In this document: piece by piece, positions 1 through 11,000 of the stretch
Layout of the letters: every line of letters starts with the position of its first letter
Numbering within the stretch: the first letter of the stretch is position 1
Origin: Eledone cirrhosa
Lineage: Eukaryota
Length of the DNA: 64,000 nucleotides
Reading direction: 5' to 3'
Assembly (NCBI GenBank): GCA_964016885.1
Contig: OZ024740.1
Location: forward strand, 55,428,001 to 55,492,000
The notes under the pieces: generated by a model
What the model saw: only the letters and a program-made list of their open reading frames with translations
Told to the model about the DNA's origin: nothing
Databases searched by the model: none
Position numbers and translations under genes: made by a program

Positions 1-1489
1 TGCTTCTGCGTTTGTGCCTTCTTACGACCTTTTGCCATCTCTCTCCCACCTCACACTCCATGTCTGATTCTGTGAGGTCGGGGAGGGGTACCAACTCCAC
101 TCTTTCACTTGTTGTTGTTGGTGATGTTTGCACTGGAGTCTCTGTTGCAGCTGCATTTGGTATTGCTGTTGTTGTTGTTAATATTTCCACTGCTGCTGCT
201 GTCTTTGATTTCCGTGGAGTGGGTATGGGTGCCACGGACCTATCGTTCCTGGTTGCCGCTTGTCCTGTTGCTGGTAGCCGTGGAACCGGATTCGGGAGGA
301 GGGGGGTTTTCTCCTTTCTCATGGTCTTCTCGTTGCAGAAGGCCCTGAGGTGAGTCTTCGATCCACAGCGAAAGCATTTCGGGCGTTTGCCCTCAACACT
401 TATGGGCAGTTGAGTGCCGTTATCGAAGTCTATCACATCCGGGATAGCTTCGATGCACTCCTGGTTGGTTTGGATTAGCATCTCAATGGAGGAGCCGACC
501 CAATCTTCTCTTACTTTTTTCTGTACTTGCAGTACAGTTGTTTTGTCCTCGATTCCGACGAGGACAGACGCGGCCAGCCAAGAAGGGGTCATTCCGGGGG
601 GGACGTGGGTCAGTTTGACCCTCACAATTTTTTGCCCACAGTAGGAGGGCACCAACACCATTTCCTCGCTCCTTAGGGTCACTACTGATTGGGCCTTTGC
701 CTCCTGGGGTGTGGCAAAAAGTACGTCTACGGTGGCGTATTTTTTGCCTCGGGTGATGTGCGTTTTCCTCTGCCACACAGACCCCAAGGCTTTTTGTATT
801 TGGGCCTCTGTGGCTCTTTCCACCCTACGGGATTTTGTACTTACTGTACGGTACGTGACCGTACAGTGCTCTTGGGTTTCGAAAAAATTTTTCGCTGCCT
901 TGCAGATTGCTCGGTGTCCGTTCTTTGTCACCATCTTCTTCGCTTCCTCTAATTCCTCATTTGTTATGAGGATTGTTTCCAGGTTTTTCGCAATACCTGC
1001 AAATGAGATTGGTTTTTCTCTGCTGTTGTTGTTGTCGTCAGAGCTGCTGGTACTTTTGTTGCTGCAGGTACTACGACTACTGCCTCCGCCGCTGTTGCTG
1101 TGGTTGTTGTTGGTGTTGCTGCTGCTAATGCTGTTGTTGTTTATGCTGCTGGTGATGCTGTTGCGGCTGCTACTGTTGTTTTCATTGTCACTGTTGCTGT
1201 TGTTATTACGGCTGCTACTGCTATTATTCCTGACGTCAGACGAATGAACTGGGTTTTCGTATTTCCCGCACACCTGTTTCGTCGCTGTCGTCGTCGTCGT
1301 GGAGAAACCTTGCACGCTTTGCACGAGACTTTTCTTTTCTTTCGTGGCTTGCGAAAGAGAAGGGAGGGAGAGAGACACATTTAAAGAAGGGAGGGAGAGA
1401 GACAATCTTCTCTCTGCTGTAGTGATGATTGAGGAAGAAGAAGACGGAATGAGTGGGAGTGACGTATGAAATTTCTTTTTGGTAGCCAT
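1..1489 (-). CDS. ORF1 (partial, cut by window edge) of Tx1 unit 0
   Basis: ATG GCT ACC AAA (MATKK) starts at 1489; colinear with ORF1 at 5450-7546. Confidence 0.8.
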   Translation of the reverse strand, partial: MATKKKFHTSLPLIPSSSSSIITTAERRLSLSLPSLNVSLSLPSLSQATKEKKSLVQSVQGFSTTTTTATKQVCGKYENPVHSSDVRNNSSSSRNNNSNSDNENNSSSRNSITSSINNNSISSSNTNNNHSNSGGGSSRSTCSNKSTSSSDDNNNSREKPISFAGIAKNLETILITNEELEEAKKMVTKNGHRAICKAAKNFFETQEHCTVTYRTVSTKSRRVERATEAQIQKALGSVWQRKTHITRGKKYATVDVLFATPQEAKAQSVVTLRSEEMVLVPSYCGQKIVRVKLTHVPPGMTPSWLAASVLVGIEDKTTVLQVQKKVREDWVGSSIEMLIQTNQECIEAIPDVIDFDNGTQLPISVEGKRPKCFRCGSKTHLRAFCNEKTMRKEKTPLLPNPVPRLPATGQAATRNDRSVAPIPTPRKSKTAAAVEILTTTTAIPNAAATETPVQTSPTTTSERVELVPLPDLTESDMECEVGERWQKVVRRHKRRS

Positions 1490-1702
1490 GTTTTTTTGTT
1501 TAAAATGAAATTTTGGGTACAAAACCCCAATAACTGGTTATTTAACCCCGAAGGGCCAAATAACGGACAGAAAGACCCCTCTCACGAGGAGGAGGGTGTC
1601 TTTATCAACAATTTGGTTCAAGTTTTAAACAATTTACAATTGTTTTAACGGTTAAAAATTACTATACCTTACAGAGCCGAGCCTCCGTCAACCATGGCAT
1701 TC
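1..1702 (-). mobile_element. Tx1/L1-clade non-LTR retrotransposon, array unit 0 (5' part only; continues beyond window edge)
   Basis: Near-identical to the 5'UTR and ORF1 5' part of the downstream units; the 5' end GAATGCCATGG abuts (AAT)10 at 1703-1732. Confidence 0.93.

Positions 1703-1732
<30 letters not shown>
1703..1732. repeat. (AAT)10 spacer / element tail between units 0 and A
   Basis: Pure AAT repeat between the 5' end of one unit and the 3' end (AATAAAGAAATC on minus) of the next. Confidence 0.97.
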
Positions 1733-1734
<2 letters not shown>

Positions 1735-1994
1735 TTTCTTTATTAACCACAAGGGTTTACATAAAGTAGACATTAAGGACAGTGCAGGACAATGCAGGAC
1801 GGTACAAATGGGCATTTCTGCGTGTAAAAAAACAAAAACAGAGGATGTAACAAAAATAACAATGAAAATAACAATGAAAAATTCCCCAATAGGGGGGAGA
1901 CTTCGGAGGGACATTTGTGGTGAAAGCCCAGTAAAAAGCCACAATGACCCTGACCACCAAGGCAAGTGCCCTCTCCCAGTTTTCCACCTTTAAT

Positions 1995-4900
1995 TTACAG
2001 ATATATACTCAGAGTAGGCCCATTCACTCGGGCCATTCTTGCTTCTCTCACCCATCTTTCAACAAAATGCTGGGAAGAGAGCACTTCCCTCTCTACTCTG
2101 ATTTTCCTTTTCAAATGAAATTTGAAAAAGTCAATCAGAGCATCACCGGAGAGGTAAGTGCTCGTCTTCAGCCCTTTCAAACGTGTCCACCATACTATCT
2201 CTTTCACCATGGCCACCAGGCAGATAAAAACTGCCTGCCCTTCCCGGCTAAAGGAGGAGGGCGGGGCAATCCTCACGATGGACTCAGATGATAGCCGGAT
2301 CCGTCCTAAACGCGACAGCAGGTGTTCGACATAAACCCACAAGTCAGCAATTTTCGGACACTGGACGAGTGCGTGCAGGACGGTTTCGTCGCCCTGCGCG
2401 CATCTCGGACATGCCCGGCTGACGGCACCTCCATGCCTGTAGAGTTTATCCCGAACTGGCAAGGCTCCTCGGTAGCACTGCCAGGCCAGAGATTTCTGGA
2501 AGTTGTCCATAGGCCCTGGCCCGAAAGTTCTTCCGAAGAGATTGGCTAGTTGATTTTCGTCGACGCCTAGAGTTTCCCCAAGTACGTCGTCGCTCTTCCC
2601 CTCCACTAATCCTCTATAGAACGCCGAGGTGGAATTTCCACCGATCACATTGCCCGATTGGTCGAGGGCTGTGAGTGCCTGAAGACATTCCAGTCTCCAG
2701 GCGCTCCCTCTCGGTCTTCGCTTGACCCAGGACTGCAGCTCCGTCAAGGAAACGAGCTGGGGAAACACGCGCCTAGCAAACGGCGACCACACCTGATCAC
2801 CGTCGAGGAAGAGGTGGAGATGTCGTAGCCTGAGCGCGTGCCTGCGCATCATCAGCCACGGCATGCCCAGCCCTCCACGTAGCGGGTGTTGACAACAGAT
2901 GGACCGCCTGACCATCGGAGCGCGTCCCTTCCACAAAAAGCGAAAGAGCAAACGCTCCAGCGCAGTCAGGCGAGGCTTAGGACAAGGTACGACGGTCAGA
3001 CGGTAGCAGATGACGGACGCGATGTACGCGTTAGCCACCTCCGCTCGACCTTTCAGGGATAGCTTCCTCTCCGCCCATTTCTGGGTGAGAGAAGCCACCC
3101 TGCTCGTCACCTCGTCCCAGTTTTTGTCCGTCTGGAGGTCCGGACCGAACCAGACCCCTAGCAATTTAACCGGTCCGTCCGTCCAGCGTCCGACGACGCT
3201 GTTGGACGGCATGGACCTGCCTCTCCAGGTGCCGAGCTGCAGGCCCACTGACTTTTCCTGGTTGATCATTGCTCCTGTCACCGCTTCGTATTCTCTTAGT
3301 GTAGTGCCGATCGCCTCGATGTGTTTGGCGCTCGACACCACTACGGTGACATCGTCCGCATATGCTGACACTGATCTTCCGCATCCTAGTTCGCGCGGGA
3401 CTCCCCTCAACGTCTCCAGTTTGTGCAGTAATGGCTCGAGAGTCAATACGTACAAGAGGGACGAGAGGGGACATCCTTGGCGGACCGAGCGCATGATGTT
3501 GAACGGTTCCGACAGGTGACCGTTCACTCTCACCACAGAGCAGATGTCGCTGTGCATGGCAGCGATCCAGCCTCTGAAGACGGGCCCAAAGCCAGCCGCC
3601 CTCAGGACTGCCGCTAGGTAACGATGGTCGACCCTATCGAAAGCTTTCGACTGATCTAAATTGATCAAGGACCCACCCGTGCCAGGTTCCCTAGCTACCC
3701 TCTCTACGATGTATCGCATGAGGTGGAGGTTGTCGTGGATGGATCTGTCGGGAATGGCGCATGTCTGCGCCTCTCCCACCAGACCACCAACGACAAGCGC
3801 CAACCTCTTTGCTAGCACCTTGGCCAAAATCTTAAACTCTGTGTTTAGCAGAGTTATGGGCCGGAAATTGTCTATGTTATCCCCCTTGTTCGGATCCTTT
3901 CTCAGCAGTGCCACCGCTCCTCGGCTCACAGAACTGGGAATTCTCCCGTTCTGTTGCCAGTTGCAGTAGACGTCCGCCAAGAGGCCTCCGAACAAGTCTG
4001 GCATCTGTACGTAAAGTTCATAGGGCAGACCATCCAAACCAGGCGATTTACCCCTTGTGCAGCCAGTCATTGCCTCCCTTACTTCAGCGGCTGTTATCGG
4101 CTTTTCGCAACACTTCGCCTCAGTGGCCGAGAGCCGCGGCAGTCCGTCGAGGTAGACACTAAAGTCCATCCCTCTACCCGGCCCACCGCTGCCCCCGAAC
4201 AGCTGAGCGAAGTGTCGCTGAAAAGCTTCACACATTTGCCCGGGATCGAGTAGCATGCCCCCGTCGTGGTCCACCAAAGACCGGATCGTGGCTTTGTTGC
4301 CACGACGCGCCTCCGCCACTCGGGCCCATTGAACGGCTTTCGTCCCCTCGTGTCTGAGAGCACGCACCCTTGCTCTGACAACGCAGCCTTCGTGCTTTGC
4401 ATTGAAGAATTGGTCAAGGGCCAATTTCGCCGCAAGCACGTCGGTCGCAATGCCTTTGCTAAGCGCCTCGTCTAATTTTCTAACTAGTTCTCCCTCTGCT
4501 CTATTTTTCTCTATTGCTAAAGCCTTACTAAATCTAATCGATTCTATTCTAATCGCTCTTTTCAGAGCAAACCACCACTTGTTGTTGACGATGGCCCCCG
4601 TCAACGCCCGCTTAACTAGTTCGCTAATCCGGTCTCTGTAGGCCTTGCGCGCTGGTAAGGACGCGTTTAGCTTCCAGTAGCCGGGTCCTCGTCTATGAAG
4701 CCTATCTAAGTCAAGCACACAGATCACGAATTTGTGGTCCGTGTAGCTGACTATCTTGAATTGTGGACAGCCTATGCTAGACCTATCTATTTCCCTACAA
4801 AATACTCTATCTAGATATGATCTGGATGACCCTATGCGGTTTGTCCAAGTCCACATTGGCACATTCGGGAAATCCAATCGGTACCTGTCAGACAGTTCAA

Positions 4901-5414
4901 AACGCCTGAGCAGGTTGGTGAGGCTCTTGCACCCTCCACCCCTATCGGCTAATCCCACACAGTCCCAGCGTGCATCTAAGATCCCGTTCCAGTCGCCCAC
5001 TAACACTAAAGAGCGCGACGTTCCAAGAAAGGTCTCCAGACGCCGGAAGAAATCAGGCCGCCCTGCTCCTGTCGGGGCATAGACGGCCACTAGCCTGAAA
5101 GCTTGCCCGTCTCCGCTGGTCACGTCCAGCACCACCAGCTTACCCTCTGGGTCCAGGAAGATGGCCCGTATGGCGAGATCCAAACCTCTCCGAAAAAGTA
5201 CAGCAACTCCTCCACCGGATCCAGGACGGCTGGGAGATGCGTACACATCGTAGCCGCCGAAGATCGGTGCGAAGGCCCGTGCTTCGGAGATTCTGGTCTC
5301 GCTGATGGCCACTACATCTATGTTTAGTGACCTGAGGTCGTTGAGCAGGTGACCCTGCTTCCATGACGACCCCAAGCCACGCGCATTTATGCTGCCTATT
5401 CTGAGTGAGGTCAT
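1995..5414 (-). CDS. ORF2 polyprotein: APE endonuclease + reverse transcriptase + C-terminal CCHC
   Basis: APE motifs SINARG, ISET, GDWN, SYLDR, TDH; RT motifs PGLDG, FRPITLLN, DQSKAFD, VRQGCPLS, YADD; CPRC..ETVLHALVQC; GPGYWKLN typical of L1/Tx1. Confidence 0.96.
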   Translation of the reverse strand: MTSLRIGSINARGLGSSWKQGHLLNDLRSLNIDVVAISETRISEARAFAPIFGGYDVYASPSRPGSGGGVAVLFRRGLDLAIRAIFLDPEGKLVVLDVTSGDGQAFRLVAVYAPTGAGRPDFFRRLETFLGTSRSLVLVGDWNGILDARWDCVGLADRGGGCKSLTNLLRRFELSDRYRLDFPNVPMWTWTNRIGSSRSYLDRVFCREIDRSSIGCPQFKIVSYTDHKFVICVLDLDRLHRRGPGYWKLNASLPARKAYRDRISELVKRALTGAIVNNKWWFALKRAIRIESIRFSKALAIEKNRAEGELVRKLDEALSKGIATDVLAAKLALDQFFNAKHEGCVVRARVRALRHEGTKAVQWARVAEARRGNKATIRSLVDHDGGMLLDPGQMCEAFQRHFAQLFGGSGGPGRGMDFSVYLDGLPRLSATEAKCCEKPITAAEVREAMTGCTRGKSPGLDGLPYELYVQMPDLFGGLLADVYCNWQQNGRIPSSVSRGAVALLRKDPNKGDNIDNFRPITLLNTEFKILAKVLAKRLALVVGGLVGEAQTCAIPDRSIHDNLHLMRYIVERVAREPGTGGSLINLDQSKAFDRVDHRYLAAVLRAAGFGPVFRGWIAAMHSDICSVVRVNGHLSEPFNIMRSVRQGCPLSSLLYVLTLEPLLHKLETLRGVPRELGCGRSVSAYADDVTVVVSSAKHIEAIGTTLREYEAVTGAMINQEKSVGLQLGTWRGRSMPSNSVVGRWTDGPVKLLGVWFGPDLQTDKNWDEVTSRVASLTQKWAERKLSLKGRAEVANAYIASVICYRLTVVPCPKPRLTALERLLFRFLWKGRAPMVRRSICCQHPLRGGLGMPWLMMRRHALRLRHLHLFLDGDQVWSPFARRVFPQLVSLTELQSWVKRRPRGSAWRLECLQALTALDQSGNVIGGNSTSAFYRGLVEGKSDDVLGETLGVDENQLANLFGRTFGPGPMDNFQKSLAWQCYRGALPVRDKLYRHGGAVSRACPRCAQGDETVLHALVQCPKIADLWVYVEHLLSRLGRIRLSSESIVRIAPPSSFSREGQAVFICLVAMVKEIVWWTRLKGLKTSTYLSGDALIDFFKFHLKRKIRVEREVLSSQHFVERWVREARMARVNGPTLSIYL

Positions 5415-5449
5415 GTTTAAAATAGAGTGGAAAAGATGGGAAAGACCAC

Positions 5450-7546
5450 TTACCGTACTTTTGGTAGAGGAGGGATGGTTTTTACATCCCTTTTCACTTG
5501 ATCGTCTGGTGAAGGGACCGTTGAATCGTCCCTTCGGCTGGTCGTCGGCTCTTCTAAGAGAATGTCTGAGTATACTCTTCGATTGATGGTTCCTCCTAGG
5601 TCCCTGAAATCACCAACTGCGTTGGGGAATTTCGTTTTAATGTTTGTGTATTGTTTCTGTGCTATTTTTAGCAGTCTTATGTTAGTTGGCGTTTTGATTG
5701 GTGCTGGTATTATGTAGTCCTGTTGTGAAATGTCTGTGTGTTCAATTATGTAAGTCATTAGTTTCTTGTTGTGTGTGTTTATTGCCGTGCATTTGTTTTT
5801 CTGGGGGTGGGGTGTGGTTCTGCTATTTTCTTGTCGTTGTTGCTGGGTGTGTGTGTTTTGTTGTTGTGTTTGCGATGTTGGTGCTTGTGGTGGTGGTGTT
5901 GAAGGTGTTGTTGGCGGTGGGGTTGTCGCCGGTGGTGATGGTGGTGCTAGTGTGGGTGGTGATGGTGTTGGTGTTGTTGCTGCTGTGGGTCTCTTTGCAG
6001 TAGACTTTACCCTTTTCTCATTTCTTTCCTCCCTTTTCAAAGGCGACGATGCGCTGCTTCTGCGTTTGTGCCTTCTTGCGACCTTTTGCCATCCCTCTCC
6101 CACCTCACACTCCATGTCTGATTCTGTGAGGTCGGGGAGGGGTACCAGCTCCACTCTTTCACTTGTTGTTGTTGGTGATGTTTGCACTGGAGTCTCTGTT
6201 GCAGCTGCATTTGGTATTGCTGTTGTTGTTGTTAATATTTCCACTGCTGCTGCTGTTTTTGATTTCCGTGGCGTGGGTATGGGTGCCACGGACCTATCGT
6301 TCCTGGTTGCCGCTTGTCCTGTTGCTGGTAGCCGTGGAGCCGGATTCGGAAGGAGGGGGGTTTTCTCCTTTCTCAGGGTCTTCTCGTTGCAGAAGGCCCT
6401 GAGGTGAGTCTTCGATCCACAGCGAAAGCATTTCGGGCGTTTGCCCTCAACACTTATGGGAAGTTGAGTGCCGTTATCGAAGTCTATCACATCCGGGATA
6501 GCTTCGATGCACTCCTGGTTGGTTTGGATTAGCATCTCAATGGAGGAGCCGACCCAATCTTCTCTTACTTTTTTCTGTACTTGCAGTACAGTTGTTTTGT
6601 CCTCGATTCCGACGAGGACAGACGCGGCCAGCCAAGAAGGGGTCATTCCGGGGGGGACGTGGGTCAGTTTGACCCTCACAATTTTTTGCCCACAGTAGGA
6701 GGGCACCAACACCATTTCCTCGCTCCTTAGGGTCACTACTGATTGGGCCTTTGCCTCCTGGGGTGTGGCAAAAAGTACGTCTACGGTGGCGTATTTTTTG
6801 CCTCGGGTGATGTGCGTTTTCCTCTGCCACACAGACCCCAAGGCTTTTTGTATTTGGGCCTCTGTGGCTCTTTCCACCCTACGGGATTTTGTACTTACTG
6901 TACGGTACGTGACCGTACAGTGCTCTTGGGTTTCGAAAAAATTTTTCGCTGCTTTGCAGATTGCTCGGTGTCCGTTCTTTGTCACCATCTTCTTCGCTTC
7001 CTCTAATTCCTCATTTGTTATGAGGATTGTTTCCAAATTTTTCGCAATACCTGCAAATGAGATTGGTTTTTCTCTGCTGTTGTTGTTGTCGTCAGAGCTG
7101 CTGGTACTTTTGTTGTTGCTGCAGGTACTACGACTACTGCCTCCGCCGCTGTTGCTGTGGTTGTTGTTGGTGTTGCTGCTGCTAATGCTGTTGTTGTTTA
7201 TGCTGCTGGTGATGCTGTTGCGGCTGCTACTGTTGTTTTCATTGTCACTGTTGCTGTTGTTATTACGGCTGCTACTGCTATTATTCCTGACGTCAGACGA
7301 ATGAACTGGGTTTTCGTATTTCCCGCACACCTGTTTCGTCGCTGTCGTCGTCGTCGTGGAGAAACCTTGCACGCTTTGCACGAGACTTTTCTTTTCTTTC
7401 GTCACTTGCGAAAGAGAAGGGAGGGAGAGAGACACATTTAAAGAAGGGAGGGAGAGAGACAATCTTCTCTCTGCAGTAGTGATGATTGAGGAAGAAGAAG
7501 ACGGAATGAGTGGGAGTGACGTATGAAATTTCTTTTTCGTAGCCAT
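5450..7546 (-). CDS. ORF1 nucleic-acid-binding protein (RRM-like region, CCHC knuckle, low-complexity N/S and P/T tracts)
   Basis: 698 aa ORF upstream of ORF2; CFRCGSKTHLRAFC knuckle; WQKVARRHKRR basic motif. Confidence 0.9.
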   Translation of the reverse strand: MATKKKFHTSLPLIPSSSSSIITTAERRLSLSLPSLNVSLSLPSLSQVTKEKKSLVQSVQGFSTTTTTATKQVCGKYENPVHSSDVRNNSSSSRNNNSNSDNENNSSSRNSITSSINNNSISSSNTNNNHSNSGGGSSRSTCSNNKSTSSSDDNNNSREKPISFAGIAKNLETILITNEELEEAKKMVTKNGHRAICKAAKNFFETQEHCTVTYRTVSTKSRRVERATEAQIQKALGSVWQRKTHITRGKKYATVDVLFATPQEAKAQSVVTLRSEEMVLVPSYCGQKIVRVKLTHVPPGMTPSWLAASVLVGIEDKTTVLQVQKKVREDWVGSSIEMLIQTNQECIEAIPDVIDFDNGTQLPISVEGKRPKCFRCGSKTHLRAFCNEKTLRKEKTPLLPNPAPRLPATGQAATRNDRSVAPIPTPRKSKTAAAVEILTTTTAIPNAAATETPVQTSPTTTSERVELVPLPDLTESDMECEVGEGWQKVARRHKRRSSASSPLKREERNEKRVKSTAKRPTAATTPTPSPPTLAPPSPPATTPPPTTPSTPPPQAPTSQTQQQNTHTQQQRQENSRTTPHPQKNKCTAINTHNKKLMTYIIEHTDISQQDYIIPAPIKTPTNIRLLKIAQKQYTNIKTKFPNAVGDFRDLGGTINRRVYSDILLEEPTTSRRDDSTVPSPDDQVKRDVKTIPPLPKVR

Positions 7547-7761
7547 GTTGTTTTTTGTTTAAAATGAAATTTTGGGTACAAAACCCCAATAACTGATTAT
7601 TTAACCCCGAAGGGCCAAATAACGGACAGAAAGACCCCTCTCACGAGGAGGAGGGTGTCTTTATCAACAATTTGGTTCAAGTTTTAAACAATTTACAATT
7701 GTTTTAACGGTTAAAAATTACTATACCTTACAGAGCCGAGCCTCCGTCAACCATGGCATTC

Positions 7762-7782
7762 AATAATAATAATAATAATAAT
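7762..7782. repeat. (AAT)7 spacer between units A and B
   Basis: Read directly from sequence. Confidence 0.97.
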
Positions 7783-8044
7783 GATTTCTTTATTAACCAC
7801 AAGGGTTTACATAAAGTAGACATTAAGGACAGTGCAGGACAATACAGGACGGTACAAATGGGCATTTCTGCGTGTAAAAAAACAAAAACAGAGGATGTAA
7901 CAAAAATAACAATGAAAATAACAATGAAAAATTCCCCAATAGGGGGGAGACTTCGGAGGGACATTTGTGGAGAAAGCCCAGTAAAAAGCCACAATGACCC
8001 TGACCACCAAGGCAAGTGCCCTCTCCCAGTTTTCCACCTTTAGT

Positions 8045-11000
8045 TTACAGATATATACTCAGAGTTGGCCCATTCACTCGGGCCATTCTTGCTTCTCTCA
8101 CCCATCTTTCAACAAAATGCTGGGAAGAGAGCACTTCCTTCTCTACTCTGATTTTCCTTTTCAAATGAAATTTGAAAAAGTCAATCAGAGCATCACCGAA
8201 GAGGTAAGTGCTCGTCTTCAGCCCTTTCAAACGTGTCCACCATACTATCTCTTTCGCCATGGCCACCAGACAGATAAAAACTGCCTGCCCTTCCCGGCTA
8301 AAGGAGGAGGGCGGGGCAATCCTCACGATAGACTCAGATGATAGCTGGATCCGTCCTAAACGCGACAGCAGGTGTTCGACATAAACCCACAAGTCAGCAA
8401 TTTTCGGACACTGGACGAGTGCGTGCAGGACCGTTTCGTCGCCCTGCGCGCATCTCGGACATGCCCGGCTGACGGCACCTCCATGCCTGTAGAGTTTATC
8501 CCGAACTGGCAAGGCTCCTCGGTAGCACTGCCAGGCCAGAGATTTCTGGAAGTTGTCCATAGGCCCTGGCCCGAAAGTTCTTCCGAAGAGATTGGCTAGT
8601 TGATTTTCGTCGACGCCTAGAGTTTCCCCAAGTACGTCGTCGCTCTTCCCCTCCACTAATCCTCTATAGAACGCCGAGGTGGAGTTTCCACCGATCACAT
8701 TGCCCGATTGGTCGAGGGCTGTGAGCGCCTGAAGACATTCCAGTCTCCAGGCGCTCCCTCTCGGTCTTCGCTTGACCCAGGACTGCAGCTCCGTCAAGGA
8801 AACGAGCTGGGGAAACACGCGTCTAGCAAACGGCGACCACACCTGATCACCGTCGAGGAAGAGGTGGAGATGTCGTAGCCTGAGCGCGTGCCTGCGCATC
8901 ATCAGCCACGGCATGCCCAGCCCTCCACGTAGCGGGTGTTGACAACAGATGGACCGCCTGACCATCGGAGCGCGTCCCTTCCACAAAAAGCGAAAGAGCA
9001 AACGCTCCAGCACAGTCAGGCGAGGCTTAGGACAAGGTACGACGGTCAGGCGGTAGCAGATGACGGACGCGATGTACGCGTTAGCCACCTCCGCTCGACC
9101 TTTCAGGGATAGCTTCCTCTCGGCCCATTTCTGGGTGAGAGAAGCCACCCTGCTCGTCACCTCGTCCCAGTTTTTGTCCGTCTGGAGGTCCGGACCGAAC
9201 CAGACCCCTAGCAATTTAACCGGTCCGTCCGTCCAGCGTCCGACGACGCTGTTGGACGGCATGGACCTGCCTCTCCAGGTGCCGAGCTGCAGGCCCACTG
9301 ACTTTTCCTGGTTGATCATTGCTCCTGTCACCGCTTCGTATTCTCTTAGTGTAGTGCCGATCGCCTCGATGTGTTTGGCGTTCGACACCACTACGGTGAC
9401 ATCGTCCGCATATGCTGATACGGATCTTCCGCATCCTAGTTCGCGCGGGACCCCCCTCAACGTCTCCAGTTTGTGCAGTAATGGCTCGAGAGTCAATACG
9501 TACAAGAGGGACGAGAGGGGACATCCTTGGCGGACCGAGCGCATGATGTTGAACGGTTCCGACAGGTGACCGTTCACTCTCACCACAGAGCAGATGTCGC
9601 TGTGCATGGCAGCGATCCAGCCTCTGAAGACGGGCCCAAAGCCAGCCGCCCTCAGGACTGCCGCTAGGTAACGATGGTCGACCCTATCGAAAGCTTTCGA
9701 ATGATCTAAATTGATCAAGGACCCACCCGTGCCAGGTTCCCTAGCTACCCTCTCTACGATGTATCGCATGAGGTGGAGGTTGTCGTGGATGGATCTGTCG
9801 GGAATGGCGCATGTCTGCGCCTCTCCCACCAGACCATCAACGACAAGCGCCAACCTCTTTGCTAGCACCTTGGCCAAAATCTTAAACTCTGTGTTTAGCA
9901 GAGTTATGGGCCGGAAATTTTCTATGTTATCCCCCTTGTTCGGATCCTTTCTCAGCAGTGCCACCGCTCCTCGGCTCACAGAACTGGGAATTCTCCCGTT
10001 CTGTTGCCAGTTGCAGTAGACGTCCGCCAAGAGGCCTCCGAACAAGTCTGGCATCTGTACGTAAAGTTCATAGGGCAGAACATCCAAACCAGGCGATTTA
10101 CCCCTTGTGCAGCCAGTCATTGCCTCCCTTACTTCAGCGGCTGTTATCGGCTTTTCGCAACACTTCGCCTCAGTGGCCGAGAGCCGCGGCAGTCCGTCGA
10201 GGTAGACACTAAAGTCCATCCCTCTACCCGGCCCACCGCTGCCCCCGAACAGCTGAGCGAAGTGTCGCTGAAAAGCTTCACACATTTGCCCGGGATCGAG
10301 TAGCATGCGCCCGTCGTGGTCCACCAAAGACCGGATCGTGGCTTTGGTGCCACGACGCGCCTCCGCCACTCGGGCCCATTGAACGGCTTTCGTCCCCTCG
10401 TGTCTGAGAGCACGCACCCTTGCTCTGACAACGCAGCCTTCGTGCTTTGCATTGAAGAATTGGTCAAGGGCCAATTTCGCCGCAAGCACGTCGGTCGCAA
10501 TACCTTTGCTAAGCGCCTCGTCTAATTTTCTAACTAGTTCTCCCTCTGCTCTATTTTTCTCTATTGCTAAAGTCTTACTAAACCTAATGGACTCTATTCT
10601 AATTGCTCTTTTCAGAGCAAACCACCACTTGTTGTTGACGATGGCCCCCGTCAACGCCCGCTTAACTAGTTCGCTAATCCGGTCTCTGTAGGCCTTGCGC
10701 GCTGGTAAGGACGCGTTTAGCTTCCAGTAGCCGGGTCCTCGTCTATGAAGCCTATCTAAGTCAAGCACACAGATCACGAATTTGTGGTCCGTGTAGCTGA
10801 CTATCTTGAATTGTGGACAGCCTATGCTAGACCTATCTATTTCCCTACAAAATACTCTATCTAGGTATGATCTGGATGACCCTATGCGGTTTGTCCAAGT
10901 CCACATTGGCACATTCGGGAAATCCAATCGGTACCTGTCAGACAGTTCAAAACGCCTGAGCAGGTTGGTGAGGCTCTTGCACCCTCCACCCCTATCCGCT

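Larger units (their letters stand above)
1733..7761 (-). mobile_element. Full-length Tx1/L1-clade non-LTR retrotransposon, unit A (6029 bp)
   Basis: 5'UTR, intact ORF1, 35-nt spacer, intact ORF2, 3'UTR with AATAAA then (ATT)n. Confidence 0.95.

Noticed and set aside
1571-1603. CTCCTCGT loop in the Tx1 5'UTR resembling the L3 loop of HDV-like (R2) ribozymes
   Set aside because: It folds as a simple hairpin; I could not identify a P2 segment, a GG for P1.1 or a catalytic J4/2
1650-1702. Spliced-leader-RNA-like reading (AAG|GTA followed by AATTTTT)
   Set aside because: The Sm-like site lacks the closing G, there is no match to a leader I recognise, and the segment behaves as the element's 5' end
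1669-1993. ORFs spanning unit junctions (poly-N / poly-L)
   Set aside because: Produced by the AAT repeat; frame not conserved in unit D
5698-7441. Hydrophobic Leu/Val-rich plus-strand ORFs (repeated in every unit)
   Set aside because: Antisense shadows of the AAC/ACC/AGC-rich ORF1
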